A DNA stretch of 64,000 nt from Salpingoeca rosetta (taxonomy: Eukaryota > Protista > Choanoflagellata), in contig JAWQFM010000008.1 of the NCBI GenBank assembly GCA_033442325.1, positions 643,380 through 707,379 of the forward strand, given 5' to 3'. The translations under genes and the position numbers were made by a program. Positions 1 through 16,692 of the stretch are shown here, piece by piece (position 1 is the stretch's first letter; the number at the start of each line of letters is the position of its first letter). Below the pieces are notes generated by a model. The model ran no database searches. It was not told the DNA's origin and saw only the letters and a list, made by a program, of their open reading frames with translations.

Positions 1-90
<90 letters not shown>
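1..90. repeat. (GT)n microsatellite, probably intronic in a gene entering from the left
   Basis: Perfect gt dinucleotide run visible from position 1. Confidence 0.95.
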
Positions 91-91
<1 letters not shown>

Positions 92-174
92 CGATGAGCG
101 ACCTGCTTCCTCCCCCGCCCCTCTCCCAATGCTCACACCCCTCCCGCCGCTCCCACCCTCTCGTTCCCTTCCAG

Positions 175-270
175 AGTCAACTATCTGTGTTTCAGGCACT
201 GGATGCAGACCTGCAGCGGCATGGACACGTTCGCGGCCTCAACAGCCCAACGACAGTCGAGACAGCTTGA
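175..270 (+). CDS. Possible terminal exon of a gene lying left of the window
   Basis: Pyrimidine tract plus ccag acceptor at ~174 following a GT-repeat intron. Open frame SQLSVFQALDADLQRHG...ETA*. Frame and identity are uncertain. Confidence 0.3.
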   Translation, partial: SQLSVFQALDADLQRHGHVRGLNSPTTVETA

Positions 271-739
271 CTTCGCCCACAAGCATGTTCGTTTTAGTGC
301 CTGTTTGTAGGTGCTCCCACCTCTCTGTCGCCCCTCTCTGCTCTAACTTGGGCGTTTCGCTCTTCAACATCTCTTTGAATCTCTCTCCTTCGTGTCTTCC
401 TCTGTACATATGACACAGTTCCACTAAATTCGTTTGTGGCATTGTATTGCTGATGACAGTCAGTTATCGAAGCATCATAACTCAAAACAACAAAAAAAGT
501 AACGTGGATCAAGAGAACAATGATGGGCAACATACAAGGAAGGACAGTACATGAAAACAAACAAACACACACACATACGTCACATCACATGGCGACTCAA
601 CACACAATCACTTGAGTGAACAAGCCCACATCTTAACCGCACAGCAGCTGATGAGGGGCCATCATTCATCAGTCATCCATCCATGAAATCATCCATCCAT
701 CCATCCGTCAAGCATCAGATATCGTGGTTCCTTGCGCGT

Positions 740-2642
740 TTATTCCTCGCTGGTGGAGTCCATCATCATGCGCGGGCGCTTGGCTGCCTGCACTGAGTAG
801 GTCAGCTCCTGGCGCTGCTTGTCGCCGTCAATCGTCACGCGTGAACCATTGGGGACCTGATTGGACAGCATCTTCTTCGACATGGCCGTGACCACCTGCT
901 TCTCAATGTACCTGCGCACGGGGCGGGCGCCGTACTGCGGGTGGAAGCTGTTGAGGAGAATCACATCGCATGCGGCGTCGGTGCAGTCGAGGGTGATGTC
1001 CCGGTCGGCAAGGCGCTCGTTGATCTGCTCAACCATGTTGCGGCAGATGGTGCGCAGGGCGTGCTTCTGCAGCGGCTTGAACATGATCACGTCGTCCAGC
1101 CGGTTCAGGAACTCTGGGCGGAAGTACGACTGCACCTCGTGCATCACCTGCGTGCGCGTGTTCTCGTCCAGGTCTCCCGTCTCCGGGTCCACCTTGCCGC
1201 TGAGCAGGATGGGTGCGCCAATGTTGCTGGTCAGCACCACCACCGTGTTGGTGAAGTCGACGGTGCGGCCCATGCCATCCGTGAGAATGCCGTCGTCGAG
1301 CAGCTGCAGCAGCACGTTCAGCACGTCCTTGTGCGCCTTCTCCACCTCATCCAGCAGGATGAGGTTGTACGGCCGCCGGCGCACCGCCTCCGTGAGCTGT
1401 CCGCCCTCCTCGTAGCCGACATACCCGGGTGGGCTGCCAATCAGGCGCGCAACAGAGTGCGACTCCATGTACTCGGACATGTCGACGCGCACAATGTGCT
1501 TGTCGTCGTCAAACAGCTCCATGGCCAGCGCCTTGGCAAGCTCCGTCTTGCCGACGCCGGTGGGCCCGAGGAAGAGGAACGAGCCGACGGGCTGGTTCGG
1601 GCGCGAGAGGCCCGCACGGCTGCGCAGGACCGCCTCGCACACGGCCTTGACGGCGGCCGTCTGGCCAACCACGCGCTGCTCAATCTTCTCCTCCAGGGTG
1701 AGCAGGCGCTCGCGCTGCGACTGGCTGAGCTTGTTCACGGGGATGCCCGTCCACCGCGCGACAATCTCCGTCACCTGGTCCGGGCCCACCTCCTCAGAGA
1801 GCATGGGCTTGTCCTCGTCCGAGACGTCCATGCTCTGCTGCTCCTGCTGTCGCTTCTCCTGCTCCTCAATCAGCTGCTTCAGCCGCTTCTCGCAGTCCGG
1901 GATGGCGTAGTACTTGAGGTCGGCCGCCGTGCTCAGGTCCCCCGCCCGCTCTGCGCGCTGCACCTTGTTGCGCAGGTTGTCCAGCTTCTCCTGCAGCTCG
2001 CGCATCTCGTCCACGCGCCCGCGCTCCATCTCAAACTTCATCTTGAGCGGGCCCAGCTGCTCCTCAATGTCGGCCAGCTGCTTCTTCACCTCCTTCAGCC
2101 GCTGCTTGGACATCTTGTCCTTCTCCTTGCCGAGCGCAGTCGCCTCGACCTCCAGCTGCAGCTTGCGCCGCTCCAGCGCGTCAATCTCCTCTGGACGCGA
2201 GTCAAGCTGCACGCGCGTTTTGGCGCATGCCTCGTCCACCAGGTCGATGGCCTTGTCTGGCAGGAACCGCTGCGTGATGTAGCGGTCGGCCAGCTGCGCC
2301 GCCGTGACGAGTGCCGCGTCCTGGATGCGCACGCCGTGGTGCGCCTCGTAGCGCTCCTTGAGGCCACGCAGGATGGACACTGTGTCCGGGACGCTGGGCT
2401 CGGACACGTGCACCATCTGGAAGCGTCGCTCAAAGGCGGCGTCCTTCTCTACGTGCTTGCGGTACTCGTCGAGCGTGGTGGCGCCAATCATGCGCAGCTC
2501 GCCGCGCGCGAGCATGGGCTTGAGCAGGTTGGCTGCGTCCATGCTGCCCTCCGTCTTGCCTGCGCCGAGCACGGTGTGGATTTCGTCGACAAAGAGGATG
2601 ATGCTGCCCTCGGCCTGCTTCACCTCGTCCAGCACAGACTTG

Positions 2643-2673
<31 letters not shown>

Positions 2674-3418
2674 CGCCGGCGATGAGCGCGCCCATGTCCA
2701 GCGAGACCAGCCGCGCCTTGAGCGTCTCTGGCACGTCGCCGTTGAGGATGCGCTGTGCGAGGCCTTCGACGATGGCGGTCTTGCCCGTGCCTGGCGGGCC
2801 GACGAGCACGGGGTTGTTCTTGGTGCGGCGGGCCAGGATCTGGATCACACGGCGAATCTCCTCGTCGCGCCCAATGACGGGGTCGAGCTTGCCGTCTGCC
2901 GCGCGCTGCACGAGGTCCACGCCGTACTTGCCGAGGGCGTCGTATGTGCTCTCTGCGGTCTTGGTGTTGGCGCGCGTGGTGCCCTTGATCTTCTTGACAA
3001 TTTCCTCGAAGCGGTCCTTGGCGAGGCCGCAGCCCGCAAGCGCCTGCAGGATGTCCTTCTCCTGCACGAGGGCCAGCAGCAGGTGGTCGATGGCCAAGTG
3101 CGCCTCATCGTTCTTCTTCTGCTTCTTCTGCGCGTTCTGCAGGAAGCGCAGCGCCTTGTGAGACGTGGACACGTCCACGGGGGCCGGGTCCTGTTGCGGG
3201 ATGGCCTTGAGCAGGGAGCGCATGGCGCCCTCAACAGCGTCGAGGCTGGCGCCGCTCTTCTGCACGACGCGCTGGGGCAGGCCGCCCTCGTCCTCAAACA
3301 GGGCCACGGCAAAGTGGATGGGGTCCATGTATGCGTTCTTGTTGTTGATGGCCACGTTCTTGGCCTCCAGGTACATTTCCTGGACCTTCTCGGTCCACTC
3401 GTTTGGATTCAGGGCCAT
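740..3418 (-). CDS. HSP104: Cytosolic Hsp104/ClpB/Hsp101 AAA+ disaggregase, intronless, ~892 aa
   Basis: [11 protein letters not shown] start (ATG 3418). Motifs [14 protein letters not shown], Walker A GPPGTGKT and [21 protein letters not shown], Walker B LFVDEIH and [11 protein letters not shown]-domain coiled coil (ADLKYYAIP), GSPPGYVGY pore loop, YGARP. Confidence 0.98.
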
Positions 3419-3500
3419 TGTGCTGGTTGTGGGGTGTTGGTGTTGGTGTTGGTGTTGGTGTTGGTGTGGTTTTGGTGGTGTTGGTGTTGGTGTGGTTGCT
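3419..3500 (-). repeat. (AACACC)n-like CA/CAA-rich repeat in the HSP104 5' leader
   Basis: ggtgttggtgtt... tandem hexamers immediately upstream of the ATG. They create the spurious HQHQ N-terminal extension in the ORF track. Confidence 0.8.
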
Positions 3501-3947
3501 GTCGGTTGGTCGCTGTAGTCGCAGGTCTTGGTCAAAACTGATGAGCGTGTCTTCTTGCTCGCTTGCTTGCTTGGTAGCTCGCTTGATGGTAGGTAGCTTG
3601 CTGCTCGCTGTCTGGCTTGTTGTCAACGTTGGGATGCGTTGAAGAAAATGAACAGCCGCACCTGTGCCGTGCCAAACCATCCACTCCACTCCACCACCCC
3701 ACTCAACGGCCACCATGCACTGCAGCAACACACACGCCAGGCAGTGTGTTGCTTGAGATCAAGATGTCATCGCATCACATCACGACCCGCACACACACAC
3801 ACACACACACACACCACATCATGCAAGGCCCCGAGCGCAACCAGGGTGTGTCATTGCTTGGTGTGGCTGTTCTCGCTGATGCAAGCGGTTGCCAGCAACC
3901 ACTGGGGTCATCAAGAAAGGCACGGAAGCGCCGAAAATTGCGAGCAT

Positions 3948-3962
3948 GTTCGAGAAATTTCC
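3948..3962. promoter_or_regulatory. Heat shock element (three alternating nGAAn units)
   Basis: gTTCg-aGAAa-tTTCc about 530 bp upstream of the HSP104 ATG; matches the HSF consensus. Confidence 0.7.
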
Positions 3963-4430
3963 GCAATCATAAACAAAACAAAAGCCGCCAACCGCCCAAG
4001 CACAAGCGCAAAACGCAATGTGTGTTGGGCTTGTGTTGGGTGTTTGGCATGCGATGACAGGGTGATTGCACACCTCAGCTGAGCAGCTTGTCGTGCGTTT
4101 TCCTCGTGCGTTTTCCTCGTGCTTTTGTCTTTCTCTCGTGTTTTCCCTGTCTGTCACTGATGACATGTGTTGCTGGATGCGACTGGCATGCATCATGGTG
4201 GCAGCTGAGATGATGATGTAACGCACAACTCAAACGCCGCAAGGAAAAGAATGGAAATAAGGGCAAGAAGGGAAGAGAAGGCGGTGGTGTGCTTTGAGTG
4301 GATTTGACATGACACATGAAATGAAGGAAAGGAAAAGGGGGGAAAGGAATACACAAGGAAAGCAGCACAAAAGCAGCAGCAGTTAAGGAGTTTTCTGGTA
4401 AGGTGGGCAGGCGGACAGGACAAGCGGAGT

Positions 4431-7531
<3,101 letters not shown>

Positions 7532-7540
7532 GGTTACAGG

Positions 7541-7634
<94 letters not shown>

Positions 7635-7688
7635 GCTGTTGTTGTTGTTGTTGTTGTTGCTGCTGCTGGTGGTGGTGGTGGTGGTGGT
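7541..7688. repeat. (GTT)n/(GGT)n repeat, i.e. poly(CAA) on the sense strand in the NUF2 5' leader
   Basis: Begins about 10 nt upstream of the NUF2 ATG at 7531. Confidence 0.9.
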
Positions 7689-7994
7689 TTCAGAGCACAA
7701 AGACACAAGGCGTAATAGCACAGGAAACGAGGGGATAGGGGAGCAATGGGATCGACTTGCTACTCAGTGCGAGCTCTGCTCAACAACAGACAGCGGTGTT
7801 GTGGTGTGGTGTGTGTGCTGTTGGACACTTGGATATTGGGTGGTGGTGAATGCAATTTCAAAAAACCCGGCGGCGAATTTTTCGTTAAAGACTTTAGCTA
7901 TTTTTCTACAAGTGAATAGCTGTAGGCAGCTATGCTATTTTCAGTCCAACAGCGGCTGTCCTTCCTGTTTCTGCCAACTCGTTGCACCACCTCA

Positions 7995-10120
7995 ATGATG
8001 ACAGAGCAAAGTGTGCGGATTGGAGTGCTTGCGCTGCAAGGTGCCTTCGCCGAGCACGTCGCCGTGAGTTGAGCCGGCGTTGCGTTGTGTGTGTAGATGT
8101 GTGTGTGTATGTAGGGGAGAGAGTGTGTGTGTGCGTGTGTGGGGTGGAGTGTGTGTGTGTGTGCGTGTGATTTTACGAGCCAAGTGTTGCTTCTTGGGTT
8201 CATATGTTGGTGTGTGTGTGTGGTGTGTGTATGTGTGTGCGTGTGTGTATCTGACCACTCCTGCTCTTCTGACCACTCCTCACTGCGTACGTACACTCTG
8301 TCCATCGTTTGCACTGTCTACTCTCACTGTGTCCACAATGTGCTGCTATCTGCTCATTTGTTGCGCCTGGTCTAGATGTTGCGGCGCATTGAAGGTGTGG
8401 AGGCATTCGAGGTGCGCAACGCAAAGGATCTCGAGGCTGCTGATGGCCTCGTCATTCCGGGCGGTGAAAGCACAACCATGGGCCTCATAGCAGAGGTGGG
8501 GGTATATCGAACTGACAACAGTTCCACGCCTCCCCGGCACATTCGACTGCTTCATGTCATCATGTGGTCCAAAGAACTTCACGCGAGCTTGGCAGCAGCA
8601 CAGCCCGCCACTCACTTCAGCACCAAAGAAGCCAGCACCACCCCACATCTTACGCTGCACACACGCACACGCACACGCACACGCACACACACGCACACAC
8701 ACACACACACATATACGCGCATGTTCACACTGTCATATGTCGCACCACAGCGCACGGGCATCCTGTCTAGCCTGCGAGAGTTTGTTTCTCTTCGGAAGAA
8801 GCCCGTCTTTGTACGTCTACCAAGTCCCACAATGATTCTCCCCTCCCCCAGTCAACTGAGCTTGTGTTTGAGCTGATCACTTCTCTTCATCGTGTCTCTG
8901 CACTGCTCCAGCCACTCTGCCACTTGCTCACATTCGGACATTCACGCATGCGGAACAGGGCACCTGCGCTGGGTTGATCATGCTCGCAGACTCTGCAAAG
9001 CACATGAAGGAGGGCGGGCAGCCGTTACTTGGCGGCCTCAATGTCCTCGTTGACCGCAACCACTTTGGCAGCCAGCTGCAGGTACGCACGTTGATGCGAT
9101 GAAGGTTGCGATGAGCTCTTTTGCTTCACTGTGCATGTTTGTATGCGGCGTGTTTGTGTGCGTGTGTGTCGTGGGTGGCGGCTGGGTTCATGAAGGGCGC
9201 GTGAGCTGCAGTCTTCATCACGCTGTCTCCGGGTTCTCCACTGCCAGAGCTTTGAAACGGAGCTGCAAGTGTCGGAGGACGAAGGCCTGGATCTCTCCGC
9301 GTGCCACGGCGTCTTCATCCGAGCCCCCGTGGTGCTCAAGGTCTGCTCCCTCTCTTCCTCCTCCAACACGCGCACGCGCTGACTGCTGTCGTGTTTATGA
9401 TGCAACATGCACTCATGCATACCCTTGAACAACTCACGACACACACGCACGACGCTCACACACGCATGCACAACACAACACACGCACACACACACACACA
9501 CACACAACGCACGCCCATATATGCAATACGTACCTGTGCCTGCAGACACTGGGTCCACATGTGAAGATTCTTGCGCGCGTGTCTGGCAACCCGGAAAAGG
9601 CCGCGCCGTTGGCAGCGGGCGAGGAGCGCATTGTCGCCGTCCACCAGGACCACATGCTCGGCACAGCATTCCACGTGCGTTGTTTTGCGTTGTCGTCGTA
9701 TGACTTGTCACGTTCCTGCGCACACGTTACTTGCGCTGTTGTTGTGTTGGGCACCTGTTACTGTTACAAGCACAGTTCGCATACATCCAGGTGCACACTG
9801 CTACACTGCATCACATGCACATGCGCGCTCTTTGCGGATTTCTTTTTTGATTGTTTGTTTGGTTTGTTTCGGTTCCTGTCACTCACAATCTTCCGTGCTT
9901 TTGCACTTCTTCTCCCCTCCCCCTCCCCCTCCCCCAACCTCTCATCTCGCGCTGACAGCCGGAGCTGACGGCCGATGACCGGTGGCACAGGTACTTTGTT
10001 GCAATGGTCCGCAGACACAACGAGGCAACAGCTGCAGAAGAGCACAAGGCACCAGAAGCAGGAACTCTTGTGCACACTCCCGATGTCGACCGTGACGTCG
10101 AAGCAACCACTGCCCCATGA
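7995..10120 (+). CDS. PDX2: Pyridoxal 5'-phosphate synthase glutaminase subunit (PDX2/SNO/PdxT), ~7 exons
   Basis: [33 protein letters not shown] (catalytic Cys), [25 protein letters not shown]|PEL (His-Glu of the triad split by an intron). Confidence 0.95.
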
Positions 10121-10658
10121 CATGACATGAATAATGGCGACATTGTTCTGTTGTCAAACCACCATCGCTGCGCGATGTGGCATTCCCTCACTTGCATGCA
10201 GGGATGTGTGCTCTTCACGATAGGCTCTCTCTTGCTTTTTTCTTGTTGACTTTTTTTTTTTTTTTTTTTTTCGTTTACTGGCACCTGGCTTGGCTTCTGT
10301 TCAGCCCATCAGAAGCACCATCACGACTCACAACGACTCGCTTCCCATCTCCGCTCTTCCCCATCCGCACATATTCGCTGATGTTGCAGCGTGCCCGTAT
10401 GAATTGACACAAACCAAGTTCGTTTTATGCAGAATCTATTGTCATGCACATCGGCGCTGGGGTGGGCGAAGGACGCAACTGCAGCCATGCACGACATCCT
10501 CACGGCCGCTAAACAGGGAGCCCAGAGGCGCAGTGTTTGCAAAACACACACACACACACATACACACACACACACACACACGCAGACAGACAGACAGACA
10601 CACACACACACAGACGCACAGACACACACAAACGAACAGACAGACAGGCATGCACACA

Positions 10659-11150
10659 TCACTTCCTGCGGCCAAACAGCAGTTTCCTGAGAGGTTTCTT
10701 CTTGCGCACACGGCGCTCCTCATACACCATATCGCCCGCGCCCGCAAACGCATCCATCGACGCGCGCTGCACAACGGACTTGCTGCAGACACCCATACGC
10801 GCGCAAATGTAGCATGTGTGCGTGCGTGATATGTGTGAGCGTATCAAGTGTGCGTATGCGTGGAAACGCGACGTTAACACGATGGACGACATGAGTGCAG
10901 CAGCATGAAGGTTACCACATGCAGCAACAGGCGACTCACCCTGCTCGTTTTGCCTTCTTCGCTGCATTGGCAGCGTTCCTTGCCTCCTCAATCTAAAGCA
11001 ACGCAACCCCAGCCCACCAACAAGCCTCAGTATCGTGCGCACAAGCCCACAGATTGGTGGAGCACCCAGCACACTCCCCCAAAGCCATACAGCTTTTCCC
11101 AACATCCACGCACACGCACACGCGCGCACACACACACACGCACACACACG

Positions 11151-11204
<54 letters not shown>

Positions 11205-12999
11205 AGCAATCAAACGCACCATGCTGGAGGACTCTGCAATCTTGATGAGGAGCTGCTTCTGTTCTGCGGGCGAATCAAACACAAACGGCGTCACCTTCGC
11301 CTCCTCCTCAAACCCAACAAGCCGGGTCAGCACCTGGAACGCATAGCCCTGGTCAACAAGAAACCGCTGCCGCGCCGTCGCATACGCCATCTCCTTCGTG
11401 TCGCGCGACACTGGTATGTATGTGTGTGTGCGTGTGTGTGTGTGTGGTGGGGGTGGTGATGATGATGGCAGTGATTTGTGTTGTAAAGCGCGGGAGCAAC
11501 AAGACAAGACGCGGCAGGTGAGTGACGAAAGGACAAACCAATGAGCGGAACGCAGCGTGAACGGCACGTCTGACGCTGGCACAGCGGTGCACGAAAACCA
11601 AAATATGGATGCAACAACGCTCACCAAGACTGTAGAAAAACGCGTTGGGTTCACCAGGACGCGTCTTGGTGTTGGATTTCGCCCTGTGTGTAAACCAAGC
11701 GTTGGTGCAGTGGTGGCAGTGCAGAGGGAGGCGTGGTGATCGGCGTCAGTTGCGGTCAGCCAGAGCCAGAAACCCAAACAAGCAGAGGTACATTGCATCA
11801 TGTGAAGTGTGCTGTGTTTCACATATGAGTGCGCGGCGGACCTGAGAATACGACCGAGGCGCTGCGCTTCCTGGCGGCGAGCACCGCCCTGTGATGACAC
11901 CTGAGGGGGAGGGGGGGGGGAGAGGGCATTTCACATGTGGACACGGCACGGATAGGCGAGAGGTGAAGTGAGGTGCCATGCAGCGTGAGTGAAGGGTCTT
12001 ATCACATACACACATACACACATACAATCAAACACAGGCACACATACATCTATGCACACAGGCACACAGGCACACATGCACACATGCACACATGCACACA
12101 GGCACACGCACACGCACACACGCACACACGCAGACACACACACACACACATTCACACAGACACCTCTGTCGGCGCACCTGGATGAGGACGTTTGCCTCTG
12201 GAAGGTCAAATGCGTTGTCTGCAATCTTGCTGAAGAAGATGGTGCGGAAGTCGTCGCGCTTCTTGTAGCGGTCCAGAATCTCGTGGCGCTGGCGGTCGGG
12301 CGTGTCGCCAGATATGTACTCCCTTCATCGTGGTCATGGTAGTGGTGGTGGTGGTGATGGTGGTGTGAATGGGGTTGCATGCGCGGTGGTGAGTGTTGAA
12401 AAGGCAGTGTAGAGGGCTGGTGTCAAGGAACAGCAGTGTGCACACGAGGCGACAAACAAAACCCACAACCCAAGACAACAGCATGCGCACTTGTTGAGTT
12501 TGGTGGCCAGCTCGTGCAGGGCAAAGATGTCGTCGGAGAACACGATGATTTTGTCGCCACGCGCCTCGTGCTTGCGGATCAAAAACTCGCACGCAGAGAA
12601 CTGCCAACACACAACAAAACAAAAGCATTCACGAAAGGTTCCGTCCGCCAATTGCAACGTGAGCACGCTCGTGGCAACAGTGCAGGGGATTTGACCCGAA
12701 TACAGTTGCAGGGCGGCGGCAGGGCAACAAATTCAGGGGCAACTCCAAGCCTGCAAACGACCACATCGACATTCAAGGAACTATCCACGTGGTTTGACAC
12801 AGCAAAACGGACCTTGTTCGGGTTGCACACGCAGAGCTTCATCTTCTGTGCGTGCGAATCTGTGCGCCAGTATTGTTCGTAGAACGACTGCACCATTGGG
12901 CACCACACCTCGAAGCACTTTACCCGCGCAATGTACCCTGCTCAGTACACGCACACGCACGTGCGCGAGTGCGAAGAGAAGATGCGTGTGTGTTTGTGC

Positions 13000-13060
<61 letters not shown>

Positions 13061-13612
13061 TGTGAACACAATGCACACACAAGAGCAATATGAGTAGGTT
13101 ACGATGTACACGCTGACAACAACCACTTCCGACACGCACACGCTGTTCACATGTGTGCGCACCTGCTTCCTGAAGATCAATCCAGTTTGCTTCGTACAGC
13201 TTTGGCCCGACCATGAAGCGGAGATCCTGAGACGAAGGAGAGGGCAGACGTTGGTGGCGATGGTTGCAAGCACCGCAGTGACACGATGCTAGGAAGTGTC
13301 GAACGCTTGCAATCCCTCAACTCTCACGCACACACATGCACACCATGGCCACACAGAAAAGTACACGCGCCGCGTGAGATACGGGGCAGCATGATACGCA
13401 CGTTGATCTTTCCGTCCTCACGAACGAGCGTGGCGGTAAGTCCGAGTTTGCAGTGTGCGGGGATGCGGGTGAGGAGTTCACGGAACGTCTTCGCCGGCAC
13501 CGTTTGCACCTGCACACACACACACACACACACAACCAACACGAAAAGTTGAAGGCATGTAGGGACCACAATAGAAATAGGTTGGCAGCACAGTGGGCAC
13601 AAGCACCAGCCG

Positions 13613-13692
<80 letters not shown>

Positions 13693-16612
13693 GCACACAC
13701 ACATACACACACACGAACAAGCGTTGCAGCGCACGCTTTTGACACGCAACACCCGCGGGCACCTCATCGAGGATCATGATGCCCCAGGAGCGGCCTGTGA
13801 TCCACTCGATCATCTGCTTCGCCTCCACAGATCTGTTCTGCTTTGCAGCTATGAACAAAAGTGTGCAGACACACGTGTGAGTGTACGGGGGCAACAAGAA
13901 GGAGCGTGGTGCGCAGTGCAGCGCGATGAAGACACGCATACACACACAAGCACGCATACATGCAAGGCAACATGCACGTGCATGCATACATGTGAGCGCA
14001 CCAAGCATGGAGTAGGTTGCACACAAGATGCAGTTATCTGGTGGCATGTGCTTGTCGGCACTCGTGAATCTGATCCGCGATGCAGTGTGGATGGAGAATG
14101 AGAATACTGGCGGCACGATATTGTTCACCTTCACGCAACACAAACATAGAGCCAACCAACCAACCAACACAAGCAATCGAACAATCGAACAAACAAAAAA
14201 CAAACAAACAAACAAACAAACAAACAAACAGCACAGGCAATCCAACAAAGCAAACAAACAAACAAAAAACAAAACCAAACAAACAGATGCTTTCGAGCGA
14301 CGTACTTGCGTACAACCCTGTGGTCGACGTCACACCACCGCACAAACTCTCTCCGCCACTGCTCAACAGCAACGTTGGACGTGCACAGCACAATTGCGCG
14401 GCGCTTGATGGTGGACACCGCCGTCACGCCCGTCAGCGTTTTGCCGGCGCCACACGGGAGAACGATAATGCCTGCAGGCACAAACACACACATATATGTG
14501 CACCAATGGTGACGTGTAAGTGGGTGGGGAAGCCGTGAACCAAAAAAAAAAAAAAAAAAGAGGAAAAAGATACGAGCGCGCGACAAGCCCCGAGGCCAAC
14601 GGCAACGGGCATACACCATTCCGCATGGATGCACCACCATCGTCACCATCGTTATCACCATCAAGCCATCTACCTGAGCGCGCGCGGCCGTGGTTGAACA
14701 TCTTGCGAAGACTCTTCTCCTGGTACGGGCGCAGGCGACACGTCGGCTTCAGGTCAATGTCCAGGCGCGGGATGGACGGGTCGTGTGTGTAGTCATACTC
14801 GAGCTGGGGTGTGAGTGTGTGTGTGTGTGTGAGTGAGAGAGAGTGTGTGTGTGTGTGTGAGTGAGTGAGTGAGTGCGTGTGAGTGAGTGTGTGTGAGTGA
14901 GTGAGCGAGTGAGTGAGCAACAGAATATGACAGGGAAAGGCGCACCAGGAGCGGGTATTCGAGGTCCTTGAGCAGTCGCTTCTGGATGGTCTGCACGGAC
15001 GAGCGCTTGATCTCAAACGAGACGCGATCCACATCGTCCTCCTTCTCCACATCGCCCTCGATGTTGCTCAGCAGCATCCGCAGGTCCTCAGGCAGCGCCG
15101 CCTCCTGCATGTGTGCATGTGTGCATGTGTGTATGTGTGAATGTGTGTCGATGACGAGGATACAGTGGATGGTGTGAATAAGAGCTCCGTGTGTGAAGAA
15201 GACATGCAGCACAGACAGAGATAGCTGCAGAGAGCTGCAGAGACACAGACACAGACACAGGCACATACACACTTGTACGCACCAGTTCTGCGCGTTCTGT
15301 TGCTGCAAGGATAGCGGCGTCCGTCAACTCTTCATCTCCCCCCTATAATATGACGGCAGCAGGCAGGCAGGCAGGCAGGCGGAATCGTAAGCATCATGCC
15401 ATGTGTCTTCAGCCACGCATTCGCTGCTGCACCACGCTTGCCTCCGAGGACGTGAATGCATGCACACCACTTTACCTCTGCACTTGAAGGCTTTGCCTGG
15501 CCGGCCGGTCGCAGTCCTGCAATCTAACGCACACGCACGCACACACACACACATGCACATAAGTCGTGCGTGCACACGTGTGAATGCGAGTAAAACTTGC
15601 ACGACATGGGGTGTAGAGTGGCACACTACATCACCATGAGCAGCACCAGCAGGAAGCGCTCAGCAACGGCACCAGCAACTACATCATGGTTGGCGTTACC
15701 TTTGTTGGATCGACGCTGGGCACCTGCTTGGTGATGAGGCCGCCGTCTGCGTCTGCACCTTCGCCCTCCACTTGCATGACGCGGCCGCTCTGGATCTCGG
15801 GATCACGCAGCAGCGTCTTGCGTGCATTTCACAACGCAGGTGATGATGAAGTGAGCACAAAAACACGAAGCAAGGTAGTGTGTGCACTGGCAAAGGCAAA
15901 CGTGCACACAGACACACATAGACACAGACACACAGACACACACATAGACAGACAGACAGACACACGCACACACACACACATAGACAGACAGACAGACAGA
16001 CAGACACACACACACATAACAGACCTGGAGGACGCTTGGATCTGAGCTTTCAAGGAAGTATCTGTTCTTTTCAAGGAAGAGGGTGACCTTGCCGTAGCGC
16101 GACGTGTAGTGGCGAACGTACTCGCACACCACAGCCGGGATGCTTGTCTTGCTGAGCCTGTATGCATGCAGTAAAGCCAACAGGTTACGCGTGAATCATG
16201 GTGGGACATGTTTGGGGCTCTTGTGTGTGCGTGCGTGTGCTATACAACCACAACAATGTAGCATGGTGCTGACCGGTGCAAGACTTCGATGATGTGATCG
16301 GCGCCGAGGCCAAGTGATGCGGCCGCATAAAGAGAGTCACGCGTCATCCTGTACTCATGGATACTCTCTGGGCGTCGCTCGGGCTCCGCAATGGCGATGA
16401 GAAACTCCACTGCCTGCTGGTACACGGGGGAGAACGTCTCCAGGAAGATGCGCTTGTCTGGCGTCTGTATGCACGGTATAGCACAGCAACGAATCGTAGA
16501 CGCGAGCGAACAAACCATCAGCAGGAGGGCGGAGGATGGAGGACATACGATGAACGGCGTTGGTGTGTGTATGTGTGTGTATGTGTGTGTGTATGCGCGT
16601 GTGTGTGTATGC

Positions 16613-16692
<80 letters not shown>

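Noticed and set aside
3419-3535. N-terminal extension of Hsp104 as an organellar targeting peptide
   Set aside because: The ORF-track start is non-ATG and the extension is a simple repeat; homology begins at MALNP (3418).
941-3541. 866-aa plus-strand ORF antisense to HSP104
   Set aside because: Shadow ORF produced by GC-rich codon bias of the real gene; no recognisable motifs.
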